Of a DNA stretch of 64,000 nt, positions 44,932 through 53,376 are shown in pieces. The stretch covers positions 256,696 through 320,695 of the forward strand of contig CAWBPL010000002.1 of NCBI GenBank assembly GCA_963790805.1. The letters are read 5' to 3'. The translations under genes were made by a program, and so were the position numbers. Origin of the DNA: Candidatus Gottesmanbacteria bacterium (GTDB lineage Bacteria; Patescibacteriota; Microgenomatia; UBA10105; UBA927). Under the pieces are notes generated by a model. It was not told where the DNA came from, ran no database searches, and saw only the letters and a list, made by a program, of their open reading frames with translations. Position 1 is the stretch's first letter. Each line of letters starts with the position of its first letter.

Positions 44932-45519
44932 TTGACGACATTTCTAGCAGGGTATTTATTTTTCCTGCTGTTTTTTGCCTACACCAAACCGGAGTTTCTC
45001 GGAATAAATAAACAGGTAAACGCACAAGTACCAACCCCAACACCAGCACAACAGCTGCCGACCGCTCTCCTTCACGGATTGCCGGTTCGTCTCGTTATCC
45101 CCGCGATTCATGTGGATGCTTCAATTATTCCTATGGGAATAGAAAAGGATGGATCGATGGAAGTGCCCGATTCCATCATAAAAGTCGGCTGGTATAAATT
45201 CGGAACGCTGCCGGGAAACGACGGAGCCGCGGTGCTTGCCGGTCACGTTGACGGGAAAAACGGCGAACCGGGCGTATTTGCCGATCTTGGAAAGCTTCAA
45301 GCCGGAGACTCAATCAGCATAGAAGATGAATTTGGAAACATCAACGCATTCACAGTTCGACAACACAAAAACTATGACCCGAGTGCGGATACCTTGGAAA
45401 TTTTTGACAATCAGAACGGCGCGCATCTTAATCTTATTACCTGTGAAGGTGTGTGGGACCAGAAACTTCAAACCTACAACAAACGCCTCGTCATATTTGC
45501 TGATTCCGTGAAAGAGTAA
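44932..45519 (+). CDS. sortase family transpeptidase (TTG start)
   Basis: N-terminal TM helix. LVIPAIHVDASIIPMG, catalytic His in AVLAGHVD, Cys in NLITCEG, Arg in NKRLVIFA. Confidence 0.8.
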   Translation: MTTFLAGYLFFLLFFAYTKPEFLGINKQVNAQVPTPTPAQQLPTALLHGLPVRLVIPAIHVDASIIPMGIEKDGSMEVPDSIIKVGWYKFGTLPGNDGAAVLAGHVDGKNGEPGVFADLGKLQAGDSISIEDEFGNINAFTVRQHKNYDPSADTLEIFDNQNGAHLNLITCEGVWDQKLQTYNKRLVIFADSVKE

Positions 45520-45531
45520 AACGAGATGTGT

Positions 45532-46710
45532 TTATTCCACGAAGGTAAGTGCGATTCCCTTTTTGTTGGCGCGGCCCGTGCGGCCAATCCTGTGGATATA
45601 ATCTTCGTAACTTTCCGGCTGATCGTAGTTAATGACATGGGTAATGTCGTCAATATCCAGTCCGCGGGACGCAATGTCGGTGGCCAAAAGTACCTGCAGC
45701 CTGTTGTTTTTGAAATCTTCAATCGCGCGAAGCCTTTGGCTCTGGCGCTTATTGCCATGAATCGCCGTCACTTCGACTCCCCGTTTGGTTAAATCGCGGT
45801 ACAGTTTTTCCATGCCGTGTTTGGTCCGTCCAAACACCAATACCTTATCAAATCCTTTTTGGCGAAGAAGCGCATCGAGGACGTCAACTTTCGCCCGTCC
45901 TGCAAGTTTTATAATATCCTGATCGACGTTCGCTGAGGGCTCGCTTGCCTTCACCGAAATCATCACAGGGTTGGTGAGAAACCCGTGCATAACCGATTGC
46001 ACACGAGTGGTCATGGTCGCCGAGAAAAATGTCGACTGGCGCTCTTTCGGCAGCTGGGAAATGATATGAGTGACGTCTTCAATAAATCCCATATCAAGCA
46101 TGCGGTCCACTTCATCAAGTACTATGGTTTTGTATTCACCGAATGACAGCATGTGCTGTTCTTCCAAATCACGTAAACGGCCGGGAGTCCCTATAATCAC
46201 ATGCGGATTTCTTCGCAGTTGGGTAATCTGCCCATACACCGAAACGCCGCCGATACAGAGCGTTGAATAAATATGCATCTCCCGTGAAAATAATCTAAAT
46301 TCATCCTGAATCTGCACCGCAAGCTCGCGCGTCGGGGCAATAATGAGCGCTTTTTTCATCATGTCTCTGGTGATTTTGTTTAAAAGCGGCAGTAAAAACG
46401 CTGCGGTTTTGCCGGTACCCGTTGATGCAATGCCGACGATATCTTTGCCTTCCAGCATATTCGGTATAACCTGATCCTGAATCGGGGTCGGTGTCATGTA
46501 CCCGCGCGCTATAACGTTTTTCTTTAACTGGTCAGTGAGAGCAAAATCGGCAAATGCATGGCGGGGAACAAACATTTCTTCAGCCTGCATGGTCGCTTTT
46601 TGCACAAATAGCTTCGGATCCAGTCGTTTCGGCACCCGTTGACCGCGCCCACGAAAACTGTTTCCCTGCGGGCGAAATGAACGGTGCATTGGACGATTAT
46701 TGTTGTACAT
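45532..46710 (-). CDS. DEAD-box ATP-dependent RNA helicase (DEVD variant)
   Basis: Q motif region, ASTGTGKTAAF, PTRELA, VLDEVDRM, SAT, TDIASRGLDI, HRIGRTGRA. N-terminal RG-rich tail. Confidence 0.9.
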   Translation of the reverse strand: MYNNNRPMHRSFRPQGNSFRGRGQRVPKRLDPKLFVQKATMQAEEMFVPRHAFADFALTDQLKKNVIARGYMTPTPIQDQVIPNMLEGKDIVGIASTGTGKTAAFLLPLLNKITRDMMKKALIIAPTRELAVQIQDEFRLFSREMHIYSTLCIGGVSVYGQITQLRRNPHVIIGTPGRLRDLEEQHMLSFGEYKTIVLDEVDRMLDMGFIEDVTHIISQLPKERQSTFFSATMTTRVQSVMHGFLTNPVMISVKASEPSANVDQDIIKLAGRAKVDVLDALLRQKGFDKVLVFGRTKHGMEKLYRDLTKRGVEVTAIHGNKRQSQRLRAIEDFKNNRLQVLLATDIASRGLDIDDITHVINYDQPESYEDYIHRIGRTGRANKKGIALTFVE

Positions 46711-46868
46711 AGGATAAAAAACCGATAAAACTGCCTAAATGAGAGCGAGTGTGGGAATAAGGAAGAAAGATACGGAAGTTAAAATATATAAAGGTATCTT
46801 TATCTTTTGTTTATTCAAACATCAATTCAAATGTAGACAGATTTACAAGTTCTGAATCTGTACTTTGT

Positions 46869-46897
46869 AGTATACCAGATTCCCCACTAAAAGTCAA
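46869..46897 (-). promoter_or_regulatory. near-consensus sigma70 promoter for the helicase, ~150-nt leader
   Basis: Minus strand: TTGACT (46897-46892), 17-nt spacer, TATACT (46874-46869). Confidence 0.65.
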
Positions 46898-46909
46898 TAT
46901 ACTATAGGA

Positions 46910-47473
46910 TCATTTTCTTACATTCTTCGTAATTTCATTCATAGACCGTCTGGACACCGCAGACATATCATACGCATTCGCGTCGTAACCCACGGCTACA
47001 TATTTATCTTTATGTTTCAGAAGAAGCCATGAATTTTTCGGCCCGAATCCGTGTGTTTTAACAAGAGCAAATGAGCCTTTGAGTTTTTTGCCTTTGAGAA
47101 AAAATTTAATCTCCCCTTTCTCCAATCCTTCTTTCATGACCTTTTGACCTTCAACCGGATCTGTAATCTGTTTTCGCACGCCTTTTTCAATTTCAATTTC
47201 GGGGATATACGTACCCTCGTCCCAGATCATCACGGTTCCCGCACCATACCCCTCAGGGATAACGCCTTCAAAATGCCGGTATTCCATCTCATGCTCAGTC
47301 GTCTCCATCGCGAGCCGTTTCACCGTCGAATCCAACGTCGGGCCCTTGGGCACCGCCCATGACGGCATCGTATCTCCTATTTGCAAACGGAAATCGTAAT
47401 GCAATCTCGTCGCCGCATGCTTTTGAACAACAAAAACCAACGAAACAGATTTGTTGAGAGTATTTTCTTTCAT
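46910..47473 (-). CDS. stand-alone LigD-type 3'-phosphoesterase (PE) domain protein
   Basis: FVVQKHAATRLHYDFRLQIGDTMPSWAVPKGPTLD...EHEMEYRHFEGVIPEGYGAGTVMIWDEGTY matches the LigD PE module. Confidence 0.8.
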   Translation of the reverse strand: MKENTLNKSVSLVFVVQKHAATRLHYDFRLQIGDTMPSWAVPKGPTLDSTVKRLAMETTEHEMEYRHFEGVIPEGYGAGTVMIWDEGTYIPEIEIEKGVRKQITDPVEGQKVMKEGLEKGEIKFFLKGKKLKGSFALVKTHGFGPKNSWLLLKHKDKYVAVGYDANAYDMSAVSRRSMNEITKNVRK

Positions 47474-47528
47474 AAATCAGCCATATTCTATAATCGGCAC
47501 CATAATATCACGTTTTGAGCTTTCTGCC

Positions 47529-47557
47529 ACAAAAATACGCACCTCGTGTGGGTGCGT
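47529..47557 (-). terminator. rho-independent terminator after the tRNA-binding protein gene
   Basis: Minus strand: ACGCACC-CACACGA-GGTGCGT followed by ATTTTTGTGG. Confidence 0.7.
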
Positions 47558-47573
47558 AAATATCGTATACGTT

Positions 47574-47927
47574 TTATCCAACACTCACGCCATCAGGGAC
47601 TTCTTTTTCCGGCATGGCCAATACAGGAATAATATCGTTTGCGTATCCGATGTCAAAAAGCATTCCCTCTGAGAGTTCCCCCATCATTTCCTTCGGTTCT
47701 AGATTAACGACAAACAAGGCTTGTTTTCCCTCAATCTCCTTGGGATCTTTTCTCTCTTTTTTCAATCCAACAAGAATATGTCTTTTAAAATCTCCAAAAT
47801 TCACCGTTAATCTCACAAGTTTATCTGATTTTTCGACATCCTCAACTTTTTCTATTCTCCCGACGCGGATATCGAGTTTATCTAGATCATTAAATTGAAT
47901 GGTCGGTTTAATCGGTAGAAGCTTCAT
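47574..47927 (-). CDS. tRNA-binding domain protein (CsaA/Trbp111-like)
   Basis: F..LDIRVGRIEKVEDVEKSDKLVRLTVNFGD...V.NL.P..MMGE.S.GML. Confidence 0.8.
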   Translation of the reverse strand: MKLLPIKPTIQFNDLDKLDIRVGRIEKVEDVEKSDKLVRLTVNFGDFKRHILVGLKKERKDPKEIEGKQALFVVNLEPKEMMGELSEGMLFDIGYANDIIPVLAMPEKEVPDGVSVG

Positions 47928-47957
47928 GTCGCCATCATCATATCACGTTTGTGAACT

Positions 47958-48830
47958 TCATTTTTTCTTTGGCAATGTTTGGTGATAAATCACTTTTCCT
48001 AATCCCATTCTCAAACCTCGGCCCGCCATAGCTTTAAGGATGATTTTTTCTAATTCTTGCCGATATTCTTTTGTATCGGCACGTTCAAATTCAGGAAGTA
48101 ATTCGGGTGATTCTTTCTTAAGAAAAGCGAACAATCGTGCTTTTATCTTGGAACTCAGGTTTATGTGTTCAAACCATACTTCACGTACCCCAACCTTCTG
48201 AAGTGTATCGAGAAGTTCGGTAATCTTCGCTTCATTGCTGGTAAAATGCGGCAAAATGGGACCGATAAATGCATACGTGGCAATTCCTGCATAATGCAGT
48301 TCTCTTAATGCGTCAATTCGTGCGCTTACGGGTGGTGCTTTGGTTTCAAGAAATCGTGAGACTTTATCATTAAGCGTCGTAACGGTGAATCCGACCGCCA
48401 CGTCTTTTAATCGTTTCAATACATCAATATCCTGTGTAACAAGAGGAGATTTGGTTTGTATAGAAACATTTCCTTCATAGCCAAAATCAGCTAATACGGT
48501 AAGACATTTTCTTGTGAGATGATATTTCACCTCAATCCCCACGTACGGGTCGGTTACGGAACTCAAAAACACTGAACCGAAATCTTTTGTTTTTAACTTC
48601 TTCTCAAGCGCACCTAACTCCATTTTCAAAAGTTCCGCAGCATTCATTTTAACATCCATGTACGTACCCCACGTTTCATCCGGATGTTTCCATCTAGCAA
48701 TCTGCGCCGCATAACAATACATGCACCCAAACAAGCACCCGTTGTATGGATTGATAACCCAATCAGAGCCAGGAAGTCCTGATTTGATAAATATGCTTTT
48801 TGCCTCGATGTGATTTATTTTTGGAACCAT
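47958..48830 (-). CDS. radical SAM protein, SplB/COG1533-like (DNA-repair photolyase-type)
   Basis: INPYNGCLFGCMYCYA (CX3CX2C). Start taken at MVPKINHIEAKS, or 48854. The track start at 48962 overlaps the upstream gene by 62 nt. Confidence 0.7.
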   Translation of the reverse strand: MVPKINHIEAKSIFIKSGLPGSDWVINPYNGCLFGCMYCYAAQIARWKHPDETWGTYMDVKMNAAELLKMELGALEKKLKTKDFGSVFLSSVTDPYVGIEVKYHLTRKCLTVLADFGYEGNVSIQTKSPLVTQDIDVLKRLKDVAVGFTVTTLNDKVSRFLETKAPPVSARIDALRELHYAGIATYAFIGPILPHFTSNEAKITELLDTLQKVGVREVWFEHINLSSKIKARLFAFLKKESPELLPEFERADTKEYRQELEKIILKAMAGRGLRMGLGKVIYHQTLPKKK

Positions 48831-48900
48831 ACCGTCGAAAATTGCGAGTATCATACCACTTTTTACGCTTTCTCCTATAAAAGGAAGCCAAAAAGGGAAT

Positions 48901-50007
48901 CTAACCGGCGAAAAATTCTCTGATGACGCGGACAAACAATTTGTTTTCCTCAACTGAGCCAACTGTCACCCTAAACCATCCGTCACTTCCATACTCGGCC
49001 GGCTCACCGCGAAGGATGATGCCGTTTTTTTGCGCGTACGCGAGAATATCTTTTCCTTTTTTGCCCGTTGGGCCCGCATCAAAAAGTACATAGTTTGCCT
49101 TCGAAGGAAATATGACCAGTCTCTGTATGTCACGAAGGGATCTTTCTATGAATGCAACCTGATCGTTGTTAAATTTCACCCGTTTGGCAAGCCCTTTGGT
49201 ATCGTTCAGTGCAGCGAGTGCCGCCCACATAATAATCGTTCCCACATTCCACGGGATGAGCGTCGCGGCAATTTTCATGGCAATATCCTTATCCGCCAGT
49301 AAATAGCCAAACCGCAAGCCAGCTAGCCCATACGCCTTGGAAAGCGTCCGCGTAACGATGACATTTTTGTATTTTTTAATGAGTTTTGCGAGTGACCGCC
49401 TAAGTCCGGCAAATTCTATATATGCTTCATCGATAACCAACGGGATGCCGGTTTTAGCAATGCGAACAAAATCTGCAGGATCCATGAAGTTGCCCGTCGG
49501 GTTATTGGGATTTGCAATAACGATAATTTTTGTCTTTTTGGTAATTGCCTTTAGTATCCCGTCCGCGTCATAGAGCATTTGTTTGTTCCGGTACTTCATC
49601 GGCACGGAAACGATCGTTCCGCCTAAAATAGCAGTGCGCAGCTTATAAATCCCGAAACACGGCGTTTGCTGAATGACTTCATCACCATGCGCAAGAAATG
49701 TCCGGAAGATCATGTCAAAAATTTCACTTGATCCGTTTCCCAACACTACGTTTTCCGGCCCGTTGAGGCCGTTCATACGTGCGAGTTTACCTCGTATCAC
49801 TTTTCCCTGATCGGGATACCGGTTGGCGATTTTTGCATATCTGGCAATAGCCGCAAGAACTTTTGCGGAGGGCGGGTTGGGATTTTCATTGGACATCATC
49901 CGGTGAAGCCGCGGCTCCTGCCATGCCAGATCAATATGGGAAGACACGTACATCGACACCGGTTTAACCCATGGGACGTAATATGCATTAATGGATTTTT
50001 TTTTCAT
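48901..50007 (-). CDS. class II PLP aminotransferase, histidinol-phosphate aminotransferase-like
   Basis: MSNENPNPPSAKVL, ANPNNPTG, TLSKAYGLAGLRFGY (PLP Lys). Confidence 0.7.
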   Translation of the reverse strand: MKKKSINAYYVPWVKPVSMYVSSHIDLAWQEPRLHRMMSNENPNPPSAKVLAAIARYAKIANRYPDQGKVIRGKLARMNGLNGPENVVLGNGSSEIFDMIFRTFLAHGDEVIQQTPCFGIYKLRTAILGGTIVSVPMKYRNKQMLYDADGILKAITKKTKIIVIANPNNPTGNFMDPADFVRIAKTGIPLVIDEAYIEFAGLRRSLAKLIKKYKNVIVTRTLSKAYGLAGLRFGYLLADKDIAMKIAATLIPWNVGTIIMWAALAALNDTKGLAKRVKFNNDQVAFIERSLRDIQRLVIFPSKANYVLFDAGPTGKKGKDILAYAQKNGIILRGEPAEYGSDGWFRVTVGSVEENKLFVRVIREFFAG

Positions 50008-50019
50008 GCTGCCTCCCTT

Positions 50020-51303
50020 TTATTTTCGGACACGCCGTCTGAGACTGCTTTTCGTTTTTTTGAAAATTTTGCGCGCGATTTTTTTCGTTTTCCCGTTTCT
50101 TCGCGGGGCATGCCGTTTCACTGACGCCAACCGCGCTCCCACGTATGCCTCCAGTCCTTCTGACGCCTGTGAAAACGCCGCTGCCGTCGCAATTGTTGAC
50201 GGGTGCTCATTAAACTGGCTCACTTCCATGCCGTTTTCATCCCATGACTGGATGACAAAAGGAATCTTCCCCATTTTTTCGAGAACCTCTGGCGGCACAT
50301 CACGGTACAAAATTTCTTCTTTAAATGTCAGATCCGCGCATTTGGTAAACAACGGCTCAAGAACATAGGGCGGCACGGTATAAACAATGGGACCCGCTAT
50401 TTTTTCTACATCCCAGAAATGGTACGTGCCGCCGACCATTGGCCCGTCGCGCATGGAACAGGCAAGCATTTTGCTGGGCATTGCGTGATCTTTCAGAAGC
50501 TGAAACGCTTTGCGAAAAATATAAATTCCCAGCCAATGCTTATCACTCCATGTGAGCGCAATACCCCGCCGGGCAGCCTGTTCGTCAAGAACCGGATTTT
50601 CGGTTAAACGTCCGATCATCATCGTGATAACGGCACGCCATGAACTCATATCGATCTGATTTTTTTGAGCAATCTCCACCCCCTCCTTCGCTGCTTGAGC
50701 AACAGCCCATATTTGCGGGAGAGTGAAACACGTCGTTACGTTCGTGGGAATTCCCAACGCTGTAACAGCGCGAACAACGTCAACGCCCTGAGTAGTTGCA
50801 GGTACTTTCACCATCACGTTGGGCGCAATGGCGTGGAGTTCGCGCGCGGTTTTAATCATCGTTTCCGTTTCAGTCAAAAGTCTTGGATCCAGCTGACCGG
50901 AGATATAGCCATACGTACCCCCCGTTGCTTTCCAGATAGGAAACATCATTGCAGCCCCGCGCCTGATCACCTCTTTATACGTCATCCAGAAATATTCATA
51001 TTGGGTAAGTCCCCTGTTGGAGCGGATAAGCTCATCGATCCACGGATTCCATACGTCGGGATCGCTTTTAACAGCAGCAAGCGATAACGGTGGATTGGTT
51101 GTGCACCCGCGGATAAGGCTTTGTTCCGGATGCTCTCCCACATAAATTCTATTGAGTTGTTCTTCGAGGATATCTTTTTTTTCCGGAGGCGCCGCCTCGA
51201 CCATTTTTTTCACCCAAGGAGCGAACACAAGCGGTGAGGAATCCCACCAAATTTCCAAATCAGGATGTACTTTTGTCAACCGTTCCAAAACGCTTTCTCT
51301 CAT
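50020..51303 (-). CDS. transaldolase-family protein with ~35-aa Lys/Arg-rich C-terminal tail
   Basis: RGCTTNPP, Schiff-base Lys context VMVKVPAT. Tail is KRHAPRRNGKTKKIARKIFKKTKSSLRRRVRK. Confidence 0.75.
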   Translation of the reverse strand: MRESVLERLTKVHPDLEIWWDSSPLVFAPWVKKMVEAAPPEKKDILEEQLNRIYVGEHPEQSLIRGCTTNPPLSLAAVKSDPDVWNPWIDELIRSNRGLTQYEYFWMTYKEVIRRGAAMMFPIWKATGGTYGYISGQLDPRLLTETETMIKTARELHAIAPNVMVKVPATTQGVDVVRAVTALGIPTNVTTCFTLPQIWAVAQAAKEGVEIAQKNQIDMSSWRAVITMMIGRLTENPVLDEQAARRGIALTWSDKHWLGIYIFRKAFQLLKDHAMPSKMLACSMRDGPMVGGTYHFWDVEKIAGPIVYTVPPYVLEPLFTKCADLTFKEEILYRDVPPEVLEKMGKIPFVIQSWDENGMEVSQFNEHPSTIATAAAFSQASEGLEAYVGARLASVKRHAPRRNGKTKKIARKIFKKTKSSLRRRVRK

Positions 51304-51490
51304 ACGTACCGAGGCAGTTTCGTGAGTTTATGTTGCAATACCAAACGTCTTCCCGTGCTACGATACCCCAAACTTCTTCTTCTTGTCAACTTTATGTTAT
51401 TCGAAATACATCCCACCTATCAAAATCAGCATCATAACGTGTTTTGCGCTTCCCGCCAGAAAAAAGCAGCTAGTAGTATAATTTAACTAT

Positions 51491-51874
51491 ATGGAAACAA
51501 GCAGTAACGACGTAAAAGTTGTGAATATCAATGAAAAGCTTTCCCTTTTTAACAAATATTGGGATCCGAAAATCGTGGGCGGGCTTAATAACCATAAAGT
51601 TCAGGTTGTAAAATTAAAAGGAGAATTCGTCTGGCATCATCATGACAATGAAGATGAATTATTTTTAGTCATTAAAGGACAATTAATCATTCACTTCCGT
51701 GATCGCGACGTAATTATAAACGAAGGCGAATTTGTCATCATCCCACATCCGATCGAACACAAACCGGAGGCAAAAGAAGAAGTTCACATTGTACTTATCG
51801 AACCTAAAGAGACACTAAATACGGGAAACGTCACAGATTCCAAACTCACTGCGAAAAATCAAGAAAATATTTAA
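51491..51874 (+). CDS. cupin domain protein
   Basis: FVWHHHDNEDELFLVIKGQL...GEFVIIPHPIEHKP. TATAAT (51477-51482) lies 8 nt before the ATG. Confidence 0.75.
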   Translation: METSSNDVKVVNINEKLSLFNKYWDPKIVGGLNNHKVQVVKLKGEFVWHHHDNEDELFLVIKGQLIIHFRDRDVIINEGEFVIIPHPIEHKPEAKEEVHIVLIEPKETLNTGNVTDSKLTAKNQENI

Positions 51875-51879
51875 ACCAT

Positions 51880-52467
51880 ATGAAACAAGATAATAATCAA
51901 GCAGTTTTCGACGTTCACAAACCGACGCCACGCTATCCGGTGATAAAAGAAATAAGCGAGCGTTTTAGTCCAAGATTTTTTGCAAACACACCGATTAAAG
52001 AATCAGATATTCAATCAATGCTCGAAGCAGCCCGATGGGCTCCGTCAGGATACAACCATCAGCCATGGTTTTTTTACGTGACCAAAAAAGAAACGAAATC
52101 GTATACGGATCTTTTTTCAACGCTCGAGCCATATAACCAGTCGTGGGCACACACCGCACCGGTTTTAGTACTTGCCTGCTTCATATCAAAAAATGAAAAC
52201 GGCGATAATCCGTTTGCTCTCTATGATCTGGGTGCATCGGTCATTTCCCTCATCCTTCAGGCGCAATCATTGGGATACTACGGCAGACAGATGGGTTTAT
52301 TTGATAAAGAAAAGGTTAAAAAATTGCTTCCGCTGGAAAAATACATGGAACCGTTTGTTGTGATTGCTCTCGGAAAAATCGGAAATTATAATAAAGCCCC
52401 GAAAGAAATCATGGAAATGGAACGCGATCCCCGACCCCGAAAAACAAAAATTGCGGAAGAATTGTAA
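51880..52467 (+). CDS. nitroreductase family protein
   Basis: RFSPRFF....I....I..MLEAARWAPSGYNHQPW.F.V; DLGASVISLILQAQSLG. Confidence 0.8.
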   Translation: MKQDNNQAVFDVHKPTPRYPVIKEISERFSPRFFANTPIKESDIQSMLEAARWAPSGYNHQPWFFYVTKKETKSYTDLFSTLEPYNQSWAHTAPVLVLACFISKNENGDNPFALYDLGASVISLILQAQSLGYYGRQMGLFDKEKVKKLLPLEKYMEPFVVIALGKIGNYNKAPKEIMEMERDPRPRKTKIAEEL

Positions 52468-52546
52468 TGAATGTTTCCGTCATCGTCCACCCCAACCCCA
52501 GATGGCCCAGAATTGAAGCACATATTTTCTTAACATGTAATCGTAG

Positions 52547-52654
52547 TCACCTTTTTGAAGTTTTCTTTTTATGACCCTGCCAGCAAATGGGGCAAATCTC
52601 ACTTCCTTTATATATATGTCCCCTACTGCAGACTTTTTGCACCGTCTTTTTCAT
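52547..52654 (-). CDS. unannotated 35-aa zinc-ribbon-like protein
   Basis: Below the 60-aa cut-off of the track. Hand translation: MKKTVQKVCSRGHIYKGSEICPICWQGHKKKTSKR (C-x3-H...C-x2-C). Its ATG overlaps the TfoX-N stop as ATGA (52651-52654). Confidence 0.5.
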   Translation of the reverse strand: MKKTVQKVCSRGHIYKGSEICPICWQGHKKKTSKR

Positions 52655-52971
52655 TTCTTCCCTTTCGTTCGCGGGAGCGCATCAGCCGTGAGGCGGATAA
52701 GATCGCATAAAAACTGCGCGTCGTCCAAAAGATCCGTGACATTCATCGACGGCTTCGCGCCGGAATACGCGTATCCTTCGCTATATCGCCCCTCGGCAAA
52801 TTCTTTTCCCTTATCGGTATACTTGATAAATAATTGATCGTCGCAGATAAGTCCGACTACTTTCTCATCGCAGTACAAAGTAAACTCCCCAAACATCTGC
52901 CGCACCCGAACATTGCCAGCACCGACAAGTTGGTCAAGAATAAATTCTGCGGTCGATTTTTTGGTGGACAT
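52651..52971 (-). CDS. TfoX/Sxy N-terminal domain protein
   Basis: AEFILDQL...VRVRQMFGEFTLYCDEKVVGLICDDQLFIK. Confidence 0.75.
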   Translation of the reverse strand: MSTKKSTAEFILDQLVGAGNVRVRQMFGEFTLYCDEKVVGLICDDQLFIKYTDKGKEFAEGRYSEGYAYSGAKPSMNVTDLLDDAQFLCDLIRLTADALPRTKGKK

Positions 52972-53009
52972 AATAATATCTATGATCTTAAAAAGTGAAA
53001 AATCGCCAA

Positions 53010-53372
53010 TTATTTTTCGACTTGTTGGAGTTTCGTTTGTGACCGCGTCACGGAGATGTGAGTGAAATCGCCGTCAGAACCGGCGCCGTGCCAGTGAGTT
53101 TCGCCTTTGGGCACCCATATGATGTCGCCTTCGGACACATATTCTTCTTTTTCTTTCGTCGCGACGATCCCCTTTCCCTTGGTAACAATTAAGACCTGAT
53201 CGGTTGAATGCGTATGGAATTTATTGCGCACACCTTCAGGAAAATGAACGTAAGTAATCGATATATCTGCCGCATCAACGTCGGCAAATGGTAATTGCAT
53301 GGCAACGTCTCCGGTAAAAAGCGGCGAACCGTTTTTCGTCGGTTTCACGTTGTTGAGGTGAACAACTTTCAT
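53010..53372 (-). CDS. cupin domain protein
   Basis: FHTHSTDQVLIVTKGKGIV...GDIIWVPKGETHWHGA. Confidence 0.8.
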   Translation of the reverse strand: MKVVHLNNVKPTKNGSPLFTGDVAMQLPFADVDAADISITYVHFPEGVRNKFHTHSTDQVLIVTKGKGIVATKEKEEYVSEGDIIWVPKGETHWHGAGSDGDFTHISVTRSQTKLQQVEK

Positions 53373-53376
53373 GTGG

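Noticed and set aside
52571-52837. 88-aa plus-strand ORF overlapping the TfoX-N gene.
   Set aside because: It is antisense to the TfoX-N gene and to the coupled Zn-ribbon ORF, has no signals and shows a biased translation.
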